Shown in pieces: positions 45,201 through 55,118 of a DNA stretch of 64,000 bases. This stretch comes from a virus, in IMG/VR virus record IMGVR_UViG_3300027653_000012, positions 502-64,501 of that record; one strand, written 5' to 3'. The notes under the pieces are model-generated. The model made no database searches and was not told where the DNA came from. It worked only from the letters and a program-made list of their open reading frames with translations. Position numbers and translations under genes: made by a program. The first letter of the stretch is position 1. Each line of letters opens with the position of its first letter.

Positions 45201-45319
45201 TCCGCCGTAAACAGCCGTCCGTCCGCCAAATTCACCGCCAGCTCCGCAGACTCCAGGTCGTTGGGAGCTGGCTTGTGCTCGGGCGTGCTTGTGCGGCGGA
45301 TGCGGACGATGTTGGACAT
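42263..45319 (-). CDS. Tail fibre protein
   Basis: ELAVNLADGRLF N-terminus, WDTAYAWGNHA, PLSANQGRVL, IPNLPASKI repeats. Confidence 0.85.
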   Translation of the reverse strand: MSNIVRIRRTSTPEHKPAPNDLESAELAVNLADGRLFTADTSGHVVDLTGVKEGDSPVLDGRRFHNQVFTARTQSLATAPNAIITGLNNELTNWDNRGGTLTVTADEGITYSNEDRLMRASQIGGSIGMGIAASAPGNISFEFAGSFNSFGSGSERRAYVQLRNQTNANRFTRILVEHNHTIDGWKTLVDDTNPEFINGVWVSPYSIGSHQQTALRFTFSLTETSTIYLIELGWTHPNISYGQYAFPLLESSSTFYGNNYTFRNNVHVEGSLTAPDYSPADWDTAYAWGNHADAGYLKDGDTQTSLTIRGIHNYGPDIHTNNYRYVRRGGTEGSGTTNRWLRLAAFTLPGNYGGVNLEGRIQGRVPSTSRGGGHRLNVRVVNNNGSPTTTQRVYFDFDTYNSPSILDIRLVRLNSSLPFEYEIWAQLASWADRIPIEWRWHRTSSEVDHPIFDEGNEATLEEPPAGVESTPPNQTTAFRSLDVLGPLTAPSFSGDGSSLTGITIPQVAGLEQRLEDIEAGDIDLSGYYDKGEVDNLLGDKVDEGGSPTFSRITWNHQLQGTYYQLEIPRQGGNANVPFVLLIADITDTDTPFHLNGRLLGVTAATAESRGKSPVIDISVNRVRGDRETENRGLSYSLSVQSGGVSPELFRARHVVYDGRDYFGLEVNMPSTWTAMSSGFLFSGNIHDPNSVIVLENVDSVDPDISAIDENWPIFVSRGSYYFDGELRAGEVIAPNLYSRAEVDGLLSGKADANHSHNMLEIDGLPQALLDASSAIDQRVKTVDIVDNLTSTSTDKPLSANQGRVLKNLVDNAGGGGATSLDDLHDTYVWDPQDNQILRYAAEHGFWMNDTLTASLIPNLPASKINSGTFAQARIPNLPASKISSGEFAQARIPQLPQSKITDLEDDLQDIRDSIGGGGPLTIKDISATSYTIESEDADTHYLRFSEGATIYVPTDAAESIPVGSSIPLRQAGSSPIKVLPANSTVQVYGYGDSPGRHRTLMLTKVGANEWDIEGGVEL

Positions 45320-45326
45320 TGCGGCC

Positions 45327-45977
45327 TTACTTCTTTTTCGGTGCGGCTTTCTTGCGCGGCTTCTTTTGGTTGGCGACGAGCTGCTCGATGTGCTTGACCA
45401 AGTCCTCCTGCATCAGCTTGCCATCCGGATCGCCAGCGGCGGCGCGGATGTCGGCGACGAGGTTGAGCAGCGCGGCATTGTCGTGGTTCTGGTCCTTGAC
45501 GCGGGCGCGTAGCTGCTCGTTGTCGTGGTTCTGTTTAGCCGCCTCCTGATGCGCCTGCTCCAACTCTTCTTGGGCTTCGTCCCGATGCCTACGCATCGAA
45601 TTCAGCTGCGCTTGCAGTGCCTCCGCCTCCTGCGCTTTCTTCCGCAGTTCTTTCAACTGGCCCTCCAGCGCCTGCCGCTCCCGCGTTTCCGCATCGAGTC
45701 GGCGTTGCAATTTTTCCAGCTCTTCCGGATTCGCCGGTGGCGTCTCCTGCTGCTCCGCAAGCTGCTGATGCAACGTCTGATTCTGCTGCTGCAACTGCTG
45801 CAAGCTCCGCTCATACAAGGCGACTCTTGCGCGTGCGTCGCCGAGGTTGCCGATGGTTTCGCCAAGCAGATCGTTGGTCGCATTTACCAACGCCTCCTTG
45901 TATTGGGGAGTGTCTTCGAGTCGTGGCGGTTGTTGTTGTCGGAGGTGCTCCGTGCTGTCGATTACTTTTGCTTTCAT
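45327..45977 (-). CDS. Coiled-coil protein (fibre chaperone?)
   Basis: Long Q/E/L heptad pattern between two fibre genes. Confidence 0.65.
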   Translation of the reverse strand: MKAKVIDSTEHLRQQQPPRLEDTPQYKEALVNATNDLLGETIGNLGDARARVALYERSLQQLQQQNQTLHQQLAEQQETPPANPEELEKLQRRLDAETRERQALEGQLKELRKKAQEAEALQAQLNSMRRHRDEAQEELEQAHQEAAKQNHDNEQLRARVKDQNHDNAALLNLVADIRAAAGDPDGKLMQEDLVKHIEQLVANQKKPRKKAAPKKK

Positions 45978-45985
45978 AAAAAATG

Positions 45986-47200
45986 CTAGTAGGTTCCGCA
46001 GTCGATGACGGCGTTGGTGATCTGGGACCCTTCAATTGAGAGTCCGGCAGGCGCACCCTCATCGTGTGCGTAAAACGTCTTTTTCCCGGCGAAACTCTGA
46101 GTTGTCGTATTAACCACTCCGCTATCAAGCACACCAGCGGCGGGGATTTCCACACCTCCCGGATCTCCCGTGCTGCTGATAATAAATAGACCCCCAGACT
46201 GGTTGATGCTCAATTCCGTCCCCGGAGCGAGCGCGTCAATCGCCTGCTTCGTCCGCTGCGGGGTCATGTATTTATTCGACAAGGTCCCGGCTTCCGCCTC
46301 CCCCTTCGTGGCGATCCCATAGTTCTCGACATTGCCAAGACCGACCTGAGACTGAGTGACGCTGTGCGGGTTAGACTTGTCTGCGATGTGATCGGCAATA
46401 TCTCCCAGGTCTCCCGGCAGGCCTTGGATCTTGGATGCTGGCAAGTCAGGAATCTGGCCAACAGCTGCAACCCCGGTCAAATCCAAGAACCCAACCTTGC
46501 GGTTAACCCAAACACCTCCTGCGGTATTGTCAAAAATCAATACCTCACTATCATCCGGCTGCCCGGTGATTCCCACGGTCTGCAGATCGCGCAACCGGTG
46601 AGTGTGCAAGCTGTCTGCATTGCTGTTTGCCCCACCCGTAAGCGTCCCGTGCTCAGATTGCGACAGGTGATAGCCCTCGCTGCTACCCATGATAGCAAGC
46701 AATTCCGAGTGAGCCTTCGCAGGACTTTTGAGGCGCGTCCATCCGGTGCCGTTATAGATGTAGCTTGCCGATCCGCCAGCAACCTCCGGATCATCAGATG
46801 CGTCCGTCACCACCACGACATCACCGGTTTGGACCTCGCCATCACCCGAGCCGATTACCAGCGCATCCCGTGCGGCAATATCCGCAACAACAAAGACCTC
46901 CGTCAGTGCCAGAGCGGGCAACACATTCTCGTCAAGCTTTCCTCCGGTGCCAAGGATCGGCACCTGACCGCTGTTGGTGCCGGTGTTTTTGGTAGCAGCA
47001 GTCCCCAGGTTCAGATCATCGATCTTACCGTCAACTTCCGTGCTGCTGAGCCCAGACAACAGCATGACGGTTGTGCCGTCATCGTTTAGCCCGTAGAGCT
47101 TATGATTCTGCTGGTCGATGACGATGTTGCTATCGCCGAAATCGTCGGCTATCGGTGCACCGTCGCCTCGTCTTATCTTGATCTTGTTGTGTCCGCTCAT
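45986..47200 (-). CDS. Tail fibre-like protein
   Basis: LGTAATKN.G, NPH.VT.SQVGLGNV.N, YMTPQRT, IDCGTY. Confidence 0.85.
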   Translation of the reverse strand: MSGHNKIKIRRGDGAPIADDFGDSNIVIDQQNHKLYGLNDDGTTVMLLSGLSSTEVDGKIDDLNLGTAATKNTGTNSGQVPILGTGGKLDENVLPALALTEVFVVADIAARDALVIGSGDGEVQTGDVVVVTDASDDPEVAGGSASYIYNGTGWTRLKSPAKAHSELLAIMGSSEGYHLSQSEHGTLTGGANSNADSLHTHRLRDLQTVGITGQPDDSEVLIFDNTAGGVWVNRKVGFLDLTGVAAVGQIPDLPASKIQGLPGDLGDIADHIADKSNPHSVTQSQVGLGNVENYGIATKGEAEAGTLSNKYMTPQRTKQAIDALAPGTELSINQSGGLFIISSTGDPGGVEIPAAGVLDSGVVNTTTQSFAGKKTFYAHDEGAPAGLSIEGSQITNAVIDCGTY

Positions 47201-47201
47201 G

Positions 47202-47534
47202 TTAGTAATAGCCTCCGTCTAATGTTTTGTTCGTCAAAGTTTGCTCGTCGGACTCACCGACAATATCGCTCTCAGTGCCATGTGCTGCGGTCTGCTTGAT
47301 GTGGTCTTCAAATTGGTTCTTAAGGGCCAGCATATCGATCAGGTTCACGTTGATTTGCGTCGAACTACACACGTCCGATTGAATAGGATGAGACGGATCA
47401 GGCTGTGGGCAGCAAACAGTTGTTTGAGTCGTTGGACAAACGCTGGAAGCGGCTGCATGGATGCCACCGCTTCGCCTCACTTTTACAGTCACGGAGCCAC
47501 CTTTCACTGTGTTAACTGTTGCTTGGATATTCAC
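47202..47534 (-). CDS. Small virion protein
   Basis: QTLTNKTLDGGYY ending. Confidence 0.6.
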   Translation of the reverse strand: MNIQATVNTVKGGSVTVKVRRSGGIHAAASSVCPTTQTTVCCPQPDPSHPIQSDVCSSTQINVNLIDMLALKNQFEDHIKQTAAHGTESDIVGESDEQTLTNKTLDGGYY

Positions 47535-47881
47535 GGCATCGTCGCTGGTGTTACTACCTCCATCTTTCCTGAAACAATCGGCCCATGACGTTCGCCTTCT
47601 GGATTCTCAATGATAAGATCCCAGTCATAAAATCCTTCTGGTATCTCCATTGTCTCGGCCCCTGTAAGGGATATCGCAATCACCCCTTCAGTTGGCTCCA
47701 CGATGTCAGGGCTTAAATCAACGATACGTGACGGTATGTGAGCCAGACGCGCTTTCGCGTGCGCCTGCCAGCCCGTCAAATCGATCGGGTCTTCTGTCCC
47801 GTCCTGTGTGCAGTTAATGACAAGCGGGTCGAACTTTACGCTACGAACAATACAGAGGTTGTGCGACTTGCGATGACTCAT
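47531..47881 (-). CDS. BppU-like Ig-fold virion protein
   Basis: PIDLTG..A ... G.I.ISL...ET ... YDWDL. Confidence 0.7.
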   Translation of the reverse strand: MSHRKSHNLCIVRSVKFDPLVINCTQDGTEDPIDLTGWQAHAKARLAHIPSRIVDLSPDIVEPTEGVIAISLTGAETMEIPEGFYDWDLIIENPEGERHGPIVSGKMEVVTPATMP

Positions 47882-48513
47882 CGTTCGTTCCTCCGTTCGT
47901 TCTCGCGAACCGATAGCAGAGCAAGCCCCTGCCGCCAGTCGCTCATAAATGAGAAATGGTTATTGATCTTGTCGCGAGCCATTCGCTCAAGCTGAGCATT
48001 CACGAAGTGAGAAACTGTTTCTGCCGCCTCTTCTCCCCACGGCAGTGTGTCGGTTTCGCCAAAATCGACCTTCAGTCCATTCCAGATAACGTGAAGTTCA
48101 TGGCCTTCCTCCAATATAGGGGCGACGTAAAATCGGTTTCCGTTTGGATCGATAGTCCAAATGTTTCGATCCCGCATTGTGCCATCGATCATGTCTTCAC
48201 GTTGTTCCCAATCGACCTGCCGAAGCTTCACGCGACCGGACTCTTCACAGTCTGCTTTGCTACAGTGCAACCAGACGCTTTGAATGCTGGCTCCGTCTGG
48301 CATGTCGCCTCGACTCGCGTAGCATTCAACAACTAAATCATCCTCTTTGAATGTGGTTTCATGCCCTGTCTGGTATGTTTCGATTACCTGTTGCATACGC
48401 AGACAGCCCGAGCGGATGGCCTGCTCAACCTGCCGCCTTCGGATCGGGTTTGCATCCTCAGCAAACGCGCCGAGGAAAGACCGCACAGCTGCATGAAAAT
48501 CCGACCAGATCAT
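47878..48513 (-). CDS. Head-tail adaptor-like protein
   Basis: Position two genes after capsid; FYVAP motif. Confidence 0.55.
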   Translation of the reverse strand: MIWSDFHAAVRSFLGAFAEDANPIRRRQVEQAIRSGCLRMQQVIETYQTGHETTFKEDDLVVECYASRGDMPDGASIQSVWLHCSKADCEESGRVKLRQVDWEQREDMIDGTMRDRNIWTIDPNGNRFYVAPILEEGHELHVIWNGLKVDFGETDTLPWGEEAAETVSHFVNAQLERMARDKINNHFSFMSDWRQGLALLSVRENERRNER

Positions 48514-49073
48514 TTACTGTCTGCACCTCCGCTGTTTTTCGCTTCGGCTAAGGTCAGTCGCTCCCGAAGCTTTTCGAGACCCGTGTTTGGGTGGACATTC
48601 TTTTCCCCGAGTTCCCGGAGTCGGTTACGAATAGCTTCTGCCTCGATCTCGTCGTCAGATTTCGCAACTTCTTCAGTCCCATCCTCGCCACGTGGAGTCA
48701 GGACATCGGAGAGATCCAAGCCACTGACATCTACTTTCTCTTCGCTTTTTTCGGCATCGACATCATCCGCAACAACTTTGCCTTCTGCCTGCTCGCGCTG
48801 CGGAGGCCTGGGCGGCCTGGAGGGAATTAAGGAAATGTTGGCGCTGAGCTGAGTCTTTTTTTTTGACTTCTTTTCGTAGTCGCTAAGAGACATCGGGCGC
48901 ACCCCAAGCTTCCGGGCCTCCTCTGACTCCAGCACCTTCGCAGCGTCAGGGTCAGCGACACTGAGAATCCCAAACATCTTCCCCTGGAAAGGCTCTACCT
49001 GGCGAAACTCGAAAGTAAAACCACTTAGCTTAATCGGCTTTTCTGCATCATTGATCTCAAAGTATTTCATCAC
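48510..49073 (-). CDS. Hypothetical virion-region protein with C-terminal HeH-like motif
   Basis: LRELG..VHPNTGLEKLRERL. Confidence 0.7.
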   Translation of the reverse strand: MMKYFEINDAEKPIKLSGFTFEFRQVEPFQGKMFGILSVADPDAAKVLESEEARKLGVRPMSLSDYEKKSKKKTQLSANISLIPSRPPRPPQREQAEGKVVADDVDAEKSEEKVDVSGLDLSDVLTPRGEDGTEEVAKSDDEIEAEAIRNRLRELGEKNVHPNTGLEKLRERLTLAEAKNSGGADSK

Positions 49074-49121
49074 AAAGCTGTTATCTCAAAAATGGGATTT
49101 CAAATCCACTGTATTTTCTAT

Positions 49122-49161
49122 AAAAGAGGCCGGCCCATAACTTTCGCTACGAAACCGGCCT
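49122..49161 (-). terminator. Terminator after the major capsid gene
   Basis: Minus strand gaggccgg ... ccggcctc tttt. Confidence 0.65.
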
Positions 49162-49227
49162 CCCAACCAGACATGGCACCTAGCCTCTCCAAAGAGACCA
49201 GAAACTGCTCCAGAGCAGAAATGAAGA

Positions 49228-51018
49228 TTATCCGCCCCCGCCTCCGCCTCCGTCGCCGCCTCCATCTCCGCCGCCGTTTCCGCCGCCTGCGTCGTCGTTA
49301 AACCCTTCCAAAATCGGGTCGGAGAACGGGTCGTAGTTCTCGATCATGAAGTGGCGTTTGGTGTCTCCAAGCTGGACAGTCCAAGTCCGGGAGCGCAAAT
49401 CAACCCACTCCGTGTTGGGTGTGATGATACAGGCATAGTCCTTGTGAGCGCTCTGCCAGACCTTCCCTTTGCTCTCCACCTTGTTTGAGTTGGCACCGGC
49501 CATTGCGATGTTAAGGTCAGGCCACTCGATCGCCCAGATCGAAGCGCCACGGCTGCGAAGATCCTGAGTGCCTTGCGCACCACCAGTGCCTCTCGGGAAA
49601 GATCCGACCCGATCGGTGAAGTAGTTCTGCACGAACACACCGATGACCACCTGATACTCCGGGATGTGATAGCGATTGTAGGTGAAATGCACCGCGCCCT
49701 GCTCGTCCATCACCTTGCCTTGCTCGATGTTCTGCGAGATCCCCGTCTTGTAACGGTCTTGCAGGTAAGCAATCAACGTCCGAGCGATTCCATCGGCGGT
49801 GTTCCGGTCGGTCATCAGGTCAATCTGCTCAACCTCGCCGGACCCACCAACCTCGCGGTTTTTCTTCACGTTGTAGCAAAGCTCAAAAAGAAGATCGATC
49901 GAAAGCGGAGCACCTTTTAGGTCAACAACCTGCCCATCGTTTTCGAGCAACGTGCGGAGCCCAAGAGCGTTTGCCTTGTAGGTCAGAATCTGGCCCGACT
50001 CCGGATCTCGAACGAGAGCATCCTCGTCGCTGTCAATCGCAGGAGAAGCGTAGTGCTCAGGGCTTTGCAACTCATTAATCGGACGACCGTAGAAGATCGA
50101 GTTTCGCCACTGAGCCATGTGGTGGGCATATGCCTGCCTGTTCTGCTCAGCCAGCGGGATGGCTCGGAACGACGCAAGGTATTCATTGACCTTCTTGTCT
50201 TCGACGATCCGCTTCAAGGTGTCCTCATACTCCTTCGAGTATTTGAACGTGTAGCGGGAGACTTGGAGGTAATCGACCAGCGTATGTTTCGCGAGATCGC
50301 TTGGCAGTTGTCCGCACCAATTCTCCTCATCATTGATCGAGTTGGTTCCGAGATGGCAGACACCAAAAGTCGGTTGATGAACGGCTTTCTGCCCTGCGGT
50401 CAAATCACCCCAGCCGGCTGCCGTAAAGAGCGGCCGGATGGTTACCACCGCCGTGCCGGGGTTGGTTCCAGGCACCGAATCGGTGATCTTGTGCGCCGTC
50501 GATCGTGCCGAACCATCGCCAGCCATGTCGGCGGAGTCGATGAAGAGAAAGTTCCCCGGCACAAACGCTTGGTGGATTTCATTGAGCCGATTCCCGTAAA
50601 GAGAATCATCGTTAGTGCTCACGGTGATGTCCCAAGACCCAATGTGGATTCCGTTCGAGCCAGCACCCGGTGTTGCGTCGCCGGAGAGAATCCGGAAATA
50701 ATCGTAGTGGTACTGAGACTCCTGCGTCCGCAGGACGTATGGTAGGTTTGCCGAAAACCGGTCCACGTTCTTGGTGCCCGGAGTCTGCTTCAGCTTCCCG
50801 ATGGAGGAGAACAAAAGCATGTCCAGCGAGTGCGGGCGGTAGCCGACGAGCCGCGCTTCCGCGGCGTCCTCGTAAGCCTTCGCCACCGCATACTCGCGGT
50901 GATCCATGTCGGTGAATTTTTGCGGCGTGAGCGGCTGAATCGTCGCCCGGGCCAAAGTGGCTCCACCTGCGTCGTGCCACTTTACAGTCCTTACCTTTGA
51001 GAGAATATTATCAGACAT
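49228..51018 (-). CDS. Probable major capsid protein
   Basis: Follows terminase-portal-scaffold and is flanked by terminators; assigned mainly by synteny. Confidence 0.7.
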   Translation of the reverse strand: MSDNILSKVRTVKWHDAGGATLARATIQPLTPQKFTDMDHREYAVAKAYEDAAEARLVGYRPHSLDMLLFSSIGKLKQTPGTKNVDRFSANLPYVLRTQESQYHYDYFRILSGDATPGAGSNGIHIGSWDITVSTNDDSLYGNRLNEIHQAFVPGNFLFIDSADMAGDGSARSTAHKITDSVPGTNPGTAVVTIRPLFTAAGWGDLTAGQKAVHQPTFGVCHLGTNSINDEENWCGQLPSDLAKHTLVDYLQVSRYTFKYSKEYEDTLKRIVEDKKVNEYLASFRAIPLAEQNRQAYAHHMAQWRNSIFYGRPINELQSPEHYASPAIDSDEDALVRDPESGQILTYKANALGLRTLLENDGQVVDLKGAPLSIDLLFELCYNVKKNREVGGSGEVEQIDLMTDRNTADGIARTLIAYLQDRYKTGISQNIEQGKVMDEQGAVHFTYNRYHIPEYQVVIGVFVQNYFTDRVGSFPRGTGGAQGTQDLRSRGASIWAIEWPDLNIAMAGANSNKVESKGKVWQSAHKDYACIITPNTEWVDLRSRTWTVQLGDTKRHFMIENYDPFSDPILEGFNDDAGGGNGGGDGGGDGGGGGGG

Positions 51019-51143
51019 AATCGTTTGTGTTCGCGTTTCCGTTTATGGCCTCATTATACCCGCAAGGCCTTAAAAACTAGATGGTTGCGAAGCGGAGCGG
51101 CAATATTTCCAAAGCGACGAGCATTGCCGCCAAATGGCAGGAC

Positions 51144-51177
51144 AAAAAAGCCGCCAACCCTTCCAGGTCGGCGGCTA
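51144..51177 (-). terminator. Terminator after the scaffold gene
   Basis: Minus strand agccgccg ... tggcggct tttttg. Confidence 0.65.
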
Positions 51178-51203
51178 CGAGTGGCAGGGAGCGAAATTGA
51201 TTA

Positions 51204-52610
51204 TCAGCCGTTCAGAAATGAAAGGAAGCTGGGTGACGAGGCTTCCTGCTCGGAACCGCCGCTTGCACCGGGGCTTAGGCTGGTCTCAGCGGAAGGACCC
51301 AAGTCTTCGCTCGAAGGAGGTGAAACCAGTGGCGCACGCTCGCCACTTGGCACTCGCTTGCCGTCTTCCTTCTTCCTCTTCGGGGCGATCTTCTGAAACT
51401 TTTCCCATTTTTTCTTCTCATTTTCGAGAATCCGCCTGGTCTCCATGCGGGATTTTTCCGCAAACACATCTACGATATCCGACTCACTGAAGGTCCAGTA
51501 GAGGTGCTGCTGCTCTTTGGGGACCTGTGAGATCAGATCCGGACGAACAAACCTTCGTCCATCCCGAAACAAACTTGTGCCACCATGCGCCTCAAAAAAG
51601 CGAGCTTGCTCGTCGATGAACCGGCTGATGAAATTATGCGTAGGATCGTGCTGATTGAATGGGACGATGCCTCCGTTCAGCTCCAGAAAAGATTCGACGA
51701 CTCCCGAATACTGATCGACGACCGGGGCAATAATCGGACGTATTGCCTCAGCAGCTTGATCTGCGTCGTCGATCTCTGGGAACACTTCTTTGAAAGCGGT
51801 GGACAGTGAACTCTCGGCCGCCTGGCGAAACTGGCTGCTTTTCTTCTCGATCTCAGGCTTCTTGCGAAGCGCCTCAATTTCTCGACGAAGTGCCTCGTCG
51901 CGCTTTTGATTCGCTTGTTCAAACTCCTTACGCAACTCGTCTTGAATCTTCCGTCGCTCCAGCTGTTTTCGCTGTGCCGGTTTTAACGGCGCATTCTCCT
52001 CTACCCACTCACGATACTCCGGGTCTTGGCTTGGTCGATAGCCGCGCCCCTCATCGGCTATGCGCTGCTTGATGAACTCCCGGCGTTTGAGAATAAAATC
52101 CAAAGCCGATTGGTAGGACCCTGGCTTCTCAGCCTCAGCGAATCGAGCCAGTTCCAGCTCTTCTCGCTCGTCGTCCATCAGGTCAGTCGGCTCAGCAGGT
52201 GCCGGAGGAGGCTGCTGTTGCTGTTGTTCCTGGAAAGCCGTAGTCGGATCGACCGTCTTCTTCTCCGGCGTAAATGGCTGGATATCCGGCAACCGTTGCT
52301 CCTTCTTGCGAATCGTTACCTTGGGTGCAGCCGGGGGCTTCGGTTCGTCTGCATCCTCTGTCTTCGAGTCGCCTTCTTCCCCTTCCAGCGGCTGGCTGGC
52401 TGGTTCGCTGGAGCCAGGCTCCGTTGCGGCTTCTCCCTCTTCCTCCTTCACCGGACTTGCTCCCGAGTCGTCTTCTGACTCCGGCTCAAGGTCTTCATTG
52501 AACCCGTCGCCCACGAGACTAAAAATCTTAAACTGCTTTTTCCGTTCCTCAAGCAGTGGATCTAGTAGCTCTTGTTCTTGGGTATCATTCTCTTCAGATG
52601 TCTGATTCAT
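51204..52610 (-). CDS. Probable scaffold protein
   Basis: Acidic, Pro-rich, coiled-coil; between portal and capsid. Confidence 0.65.
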   Translation of the reverse strand: MNQTSEENDTQEQELLDPLLEERKKQFKIFSLVGDGFNEDLEPESEDDSGASPVKEEEGEAATEPGSSEPASQPLEGEEGDSKTEDADEPKPPAAPKVTIRKKEQRLPDIQPFTPEKKTVDPTTAFQEQQQQQPPPAPAEPTDLMDDEREELELARFAEAEKPGSYQSALDFILKRREFIKQRIADEGRGYRPSQDPEYREWVEENAPLKPAQRKQLERRKIQDELRKEFEQANQKRDEALRREIEALRKKPEIEKKSSQFRQAAESSLSTAFKEVFPEIDDADQAAEAIRPIIAPVVDQYSGVVESFLELNGGIVPFNQHDPTHNFISRFIDEQARFFEAHGGTSLFRDGRRFVRPDLISQVPKEQQHLYWTFSESDIVDVFAEKSRMETRRILENEKKKWEKFQKIAPKRKKEDGKRVPSGERAPLVSPPSSEDLGPSAETSLSPGASGGSEQEASSPSFLSFLNG

Positions 52611-52632
52611 GTTTGGTTGAGTTGTTTATAGG

Positions 52633-55101
52633 TTAGATTGGGTCGCTCAGGATTTGAGCAATTTGGTCATCCATTGGTGGACTCCCAACAGCATTCGCGC
52701 TAAATGGATCGGGTGGTGTCGGCGTTCCGGGTACTCCCTCCAACACCTCGCCCCGGCTGATTGGGCTAACCCCGCCACTATGAAGCACCCGAGCCAGCTG
52801 CTGTATTTGTGACTGGAACTGTCGATTGCGCTCCTCGTTCTGCTGCATGTATTCGCTGATCTGCCCAGCCAGCTGTACAATCTGCATATTCTCTTCTTCC
52901 GGAGCACCCCCTACTATTCCTGACTCACCGCTACCTGGGTCAGGAAGCTCAAATTTCAGATCACTAGCGCCGCTGAGGCGGAAAATCTCCCCGATCAGTT
53001 TGACGATCTGATCGTCGTCGATCCGCTCCAGCACCCCAGGGAACGTCTGCGTAAGCCCCGGAAGCTGAGCGAGGAACTGCACCATAACCTCCGCTGCCCG
53101 TGTGTTAGACACTCGTTCCGCCCCGTCACGCGACGAGAAGTTATAATTATAAATCAGTGCCCGCTTCGATCCGATTAATGTCTGGCCTTCCCGTGCGCCT
53201 CCTTCTTCGGTATCTCCCTCCAGACCTTCGTCCAAAACCGAAAACCCAGCCGCCTCAATGGTTTCTGCTGAATATCGACGAGTCACTGGCACCTCGATTC
53301 GCTCATCTCCATAAGCCATCCAAGCCTCATAGAGCAGTTGTTTTTTCGCAGCCAGCCCTTCGTCGATGCCAATCCGGTGGAAAGCGTGCATCGTCTGCGT
53401 CGTGTCCCGGATCTCCATAACTTCGTGCGCGGTGATTTCACGTGGGGATGCCTGTCCTTGCTCCTGTGCAGAGAAATGGAGCACCCGCTCGGCCAATGAC
53501 AGGAGCTGGATGATTCCTCGGAAAAACTGGCTGATGTCGTCCGCCCATTTTGCTTCATGGAGCTTCAAAACCTCTTCTGTTCGCGGGTCGATTCCTTGCT
53601 CCCGAAGCTTAGCTGCGCTGTATTCAATCAGCCGTGGTTGCTCGAAGATTTTATTTCCCCTAAGCAGCTTTTTGAACTGCTTGCGGATTTCTGGATCTCG
53701 CACCATGTCGATATTGAGGGTGATCAATTTAATCAGCCCTGCCGATTGGGTCATGAGCAGCTGGGTCAGCATGTTCGTCAGCGGGTCTTGCCACTCCATG
53801 GCTTCATGGGCAAAGGAGATGTTGAGCTGCCGCCCGTCATTCTCGTTATATCCATAATAAATCGCAGGCAAGGAAGGCAGAAACTCGCCCCAAATCACCG
53901 TGCGATCTCCCGCGACGACCAAGCGCAACCAAACCGGATGAGGATAATCACCCAGCCCGACATCCTTCGGGATGACGCGCTCCCGGTATTCGGTCACTAC
54001 CACGCTGTCGTCTTCCCGTTCGGTCGAATAGCGTTGCCCACCCAAGGCTCCACCAGCCCCCGTCATATTGTTTAGGCGGTCGTTAGCACCCGCCACATCT
54101 ACGTCAGTGGACGGAAATGAGAGGCGGCAGTCAAAATACTGCTCGAAGTAGTCCGTATTTTGGTTATAGAAGCGATGCCACTTCGCAGAAACCTCAATGT
54201 CGTTTCGGTTAAAATACTGCGGATTCCCTGCCACATCTCCAAAGCGACGAACATCCCAGAACCCGATCCACTTCGGCCCGGTGTTGGTGTTGATCCCCGA
54301 CAACGGCTTGGAGTTATCGTAAATCACTCGCGTAGGGTGCGGTCGAACAAAAGGCAATCCTTCGCGGACCGTTCTCGCTTCTGCTCTTGGGCTTAGTCCT
54401 TCCCGTATGTCTGTATGGAAAATCTGCTCCTCACGATCCCACGATCTGGCCGGAAACTCCACCGTATGGCCATACAGGTGCATGTCGCGAACTACCTGCA
54501 CAAGATCATGCCGGTAATTATACTGGTTCACAATCATCTCGCTTCTTTGGGAAAGAAGATCGCCGCGCAGTTTCGCAACCCACGAAGTGGAGTAAGGATT
54601 GTATTTAAAAAGAGGGTGCGAAGTAACGTATGTAGCCGCCACAGAAGCAGTTCTTCGCGTTACAAACGAGCGAACAATGTTCACCCAAGTGTCATGAAAC
54701 CTCGGCAGGTCGATCTCTGCAATCTCTCCGTTCTTATCAAACTCGCAAAACTTCTCCAGCTGAGAACGATCCAAGTCTTTGATTCGATCTCTGAGTTTTG
54801 TAAATTTCAGCTTCCCCTGTGCATACTGCATCAGGGGGACAGTCATCTTCGTGATAGCGTGAGAGTCCCATGCCAGGTCGGCAGCGGCATAGAAATGATA
54901 ATTGCGGAAGTTAGCAGCCACCGCATGATCGATCCTGGAAGCAATAAGACGTTCAAACCGTTGCCGCTGCTTCAGAAGGTTCTCTCGTTTTTTGCGCTCT
55001 GCTGGGTCCGTGACATCCGGGCCGACAGGCTTGCAAGTAAAGAGCTGGCGAATGGCTTCTCTTGTGCTTCCGTATTTTTCAAGAACCTTTGGATCAACCA
55101 T
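52633..55101 (-). CDS. Probable portal protein
   Basis: 822 aa after terminase; TAHEV motif resembles podovirus portal TATEV. Confidence 0.75.
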   Translation of the reverse strand: MVDPKVLEKYGSTREAIRQLFTCKPVGPDVTDPAERKKRENLLKQRQRFERLIASRIDHAVAANFRNYHFYAAADLAWDSHAITKMTVPLMQYAQGKLKFTKLRDRIKDLDRSQLEKFCEFDKNGEIAEIDLPRFHDTWVNIVRSFVTRRTASVAATYVTSHPLFKYNPYSTSWVAKLRGDLLSQRSEMIVNQYNYRHDLVQVVRDMHLYGHTVEFPARSWDREEQIFHTDIREGLSPRAEARTVREGLPFVRPHPTRVIYDNSKPLSGINTNTGPKWIGFWDVRRFGDVAGNPQYFNRNDIEVSAKWHRFYNQNTDYFEQYFDCRLSFPSTDVDVAGANDRLNNMTGAGGALGGQRYSTEREDDSVVVTEYRERVIPKDVGLGDYPHPVWLRLVVAGDRTVIWGEFLPSLPAIYYGYNENDGRQLNISFAHEAMEWQDPLTNMLTQLLMTQSAGLIKLITLNIDMVRDPEIRKQFKKLLRGNKIFEQPRLIEYSAAKLREQGIDPRTEEVLKLHEAKWADDISQFFRGIIQLLSLAERVLHFSAQEQGQASPREITAHEVMEIRDTTQTMHAFHRIGIDEGLAAKKQLLYEAWMAYGDERIEVPVTRRYSAETIEAAGFSVLDEGLEGDTEEGGAREGQTLIGSKRALIYNYNFSSRDGAERVSNTRAAEVMVQFLAQLPGLTQTFPGVLERIDDDQIVKLIGEIFRLSGASDLKFELPDPGSGESGIVGGAPEEENMQIVQLAGQISEYMQQNEERNRQFQSQIQQLARVLHSGGVSPISRGEVLEGVPGTPTPPDPFSANAVGSPPMDDQIAQILSDPI

Positions 55102-55118
55102 GTTTTATAATCTCTCTG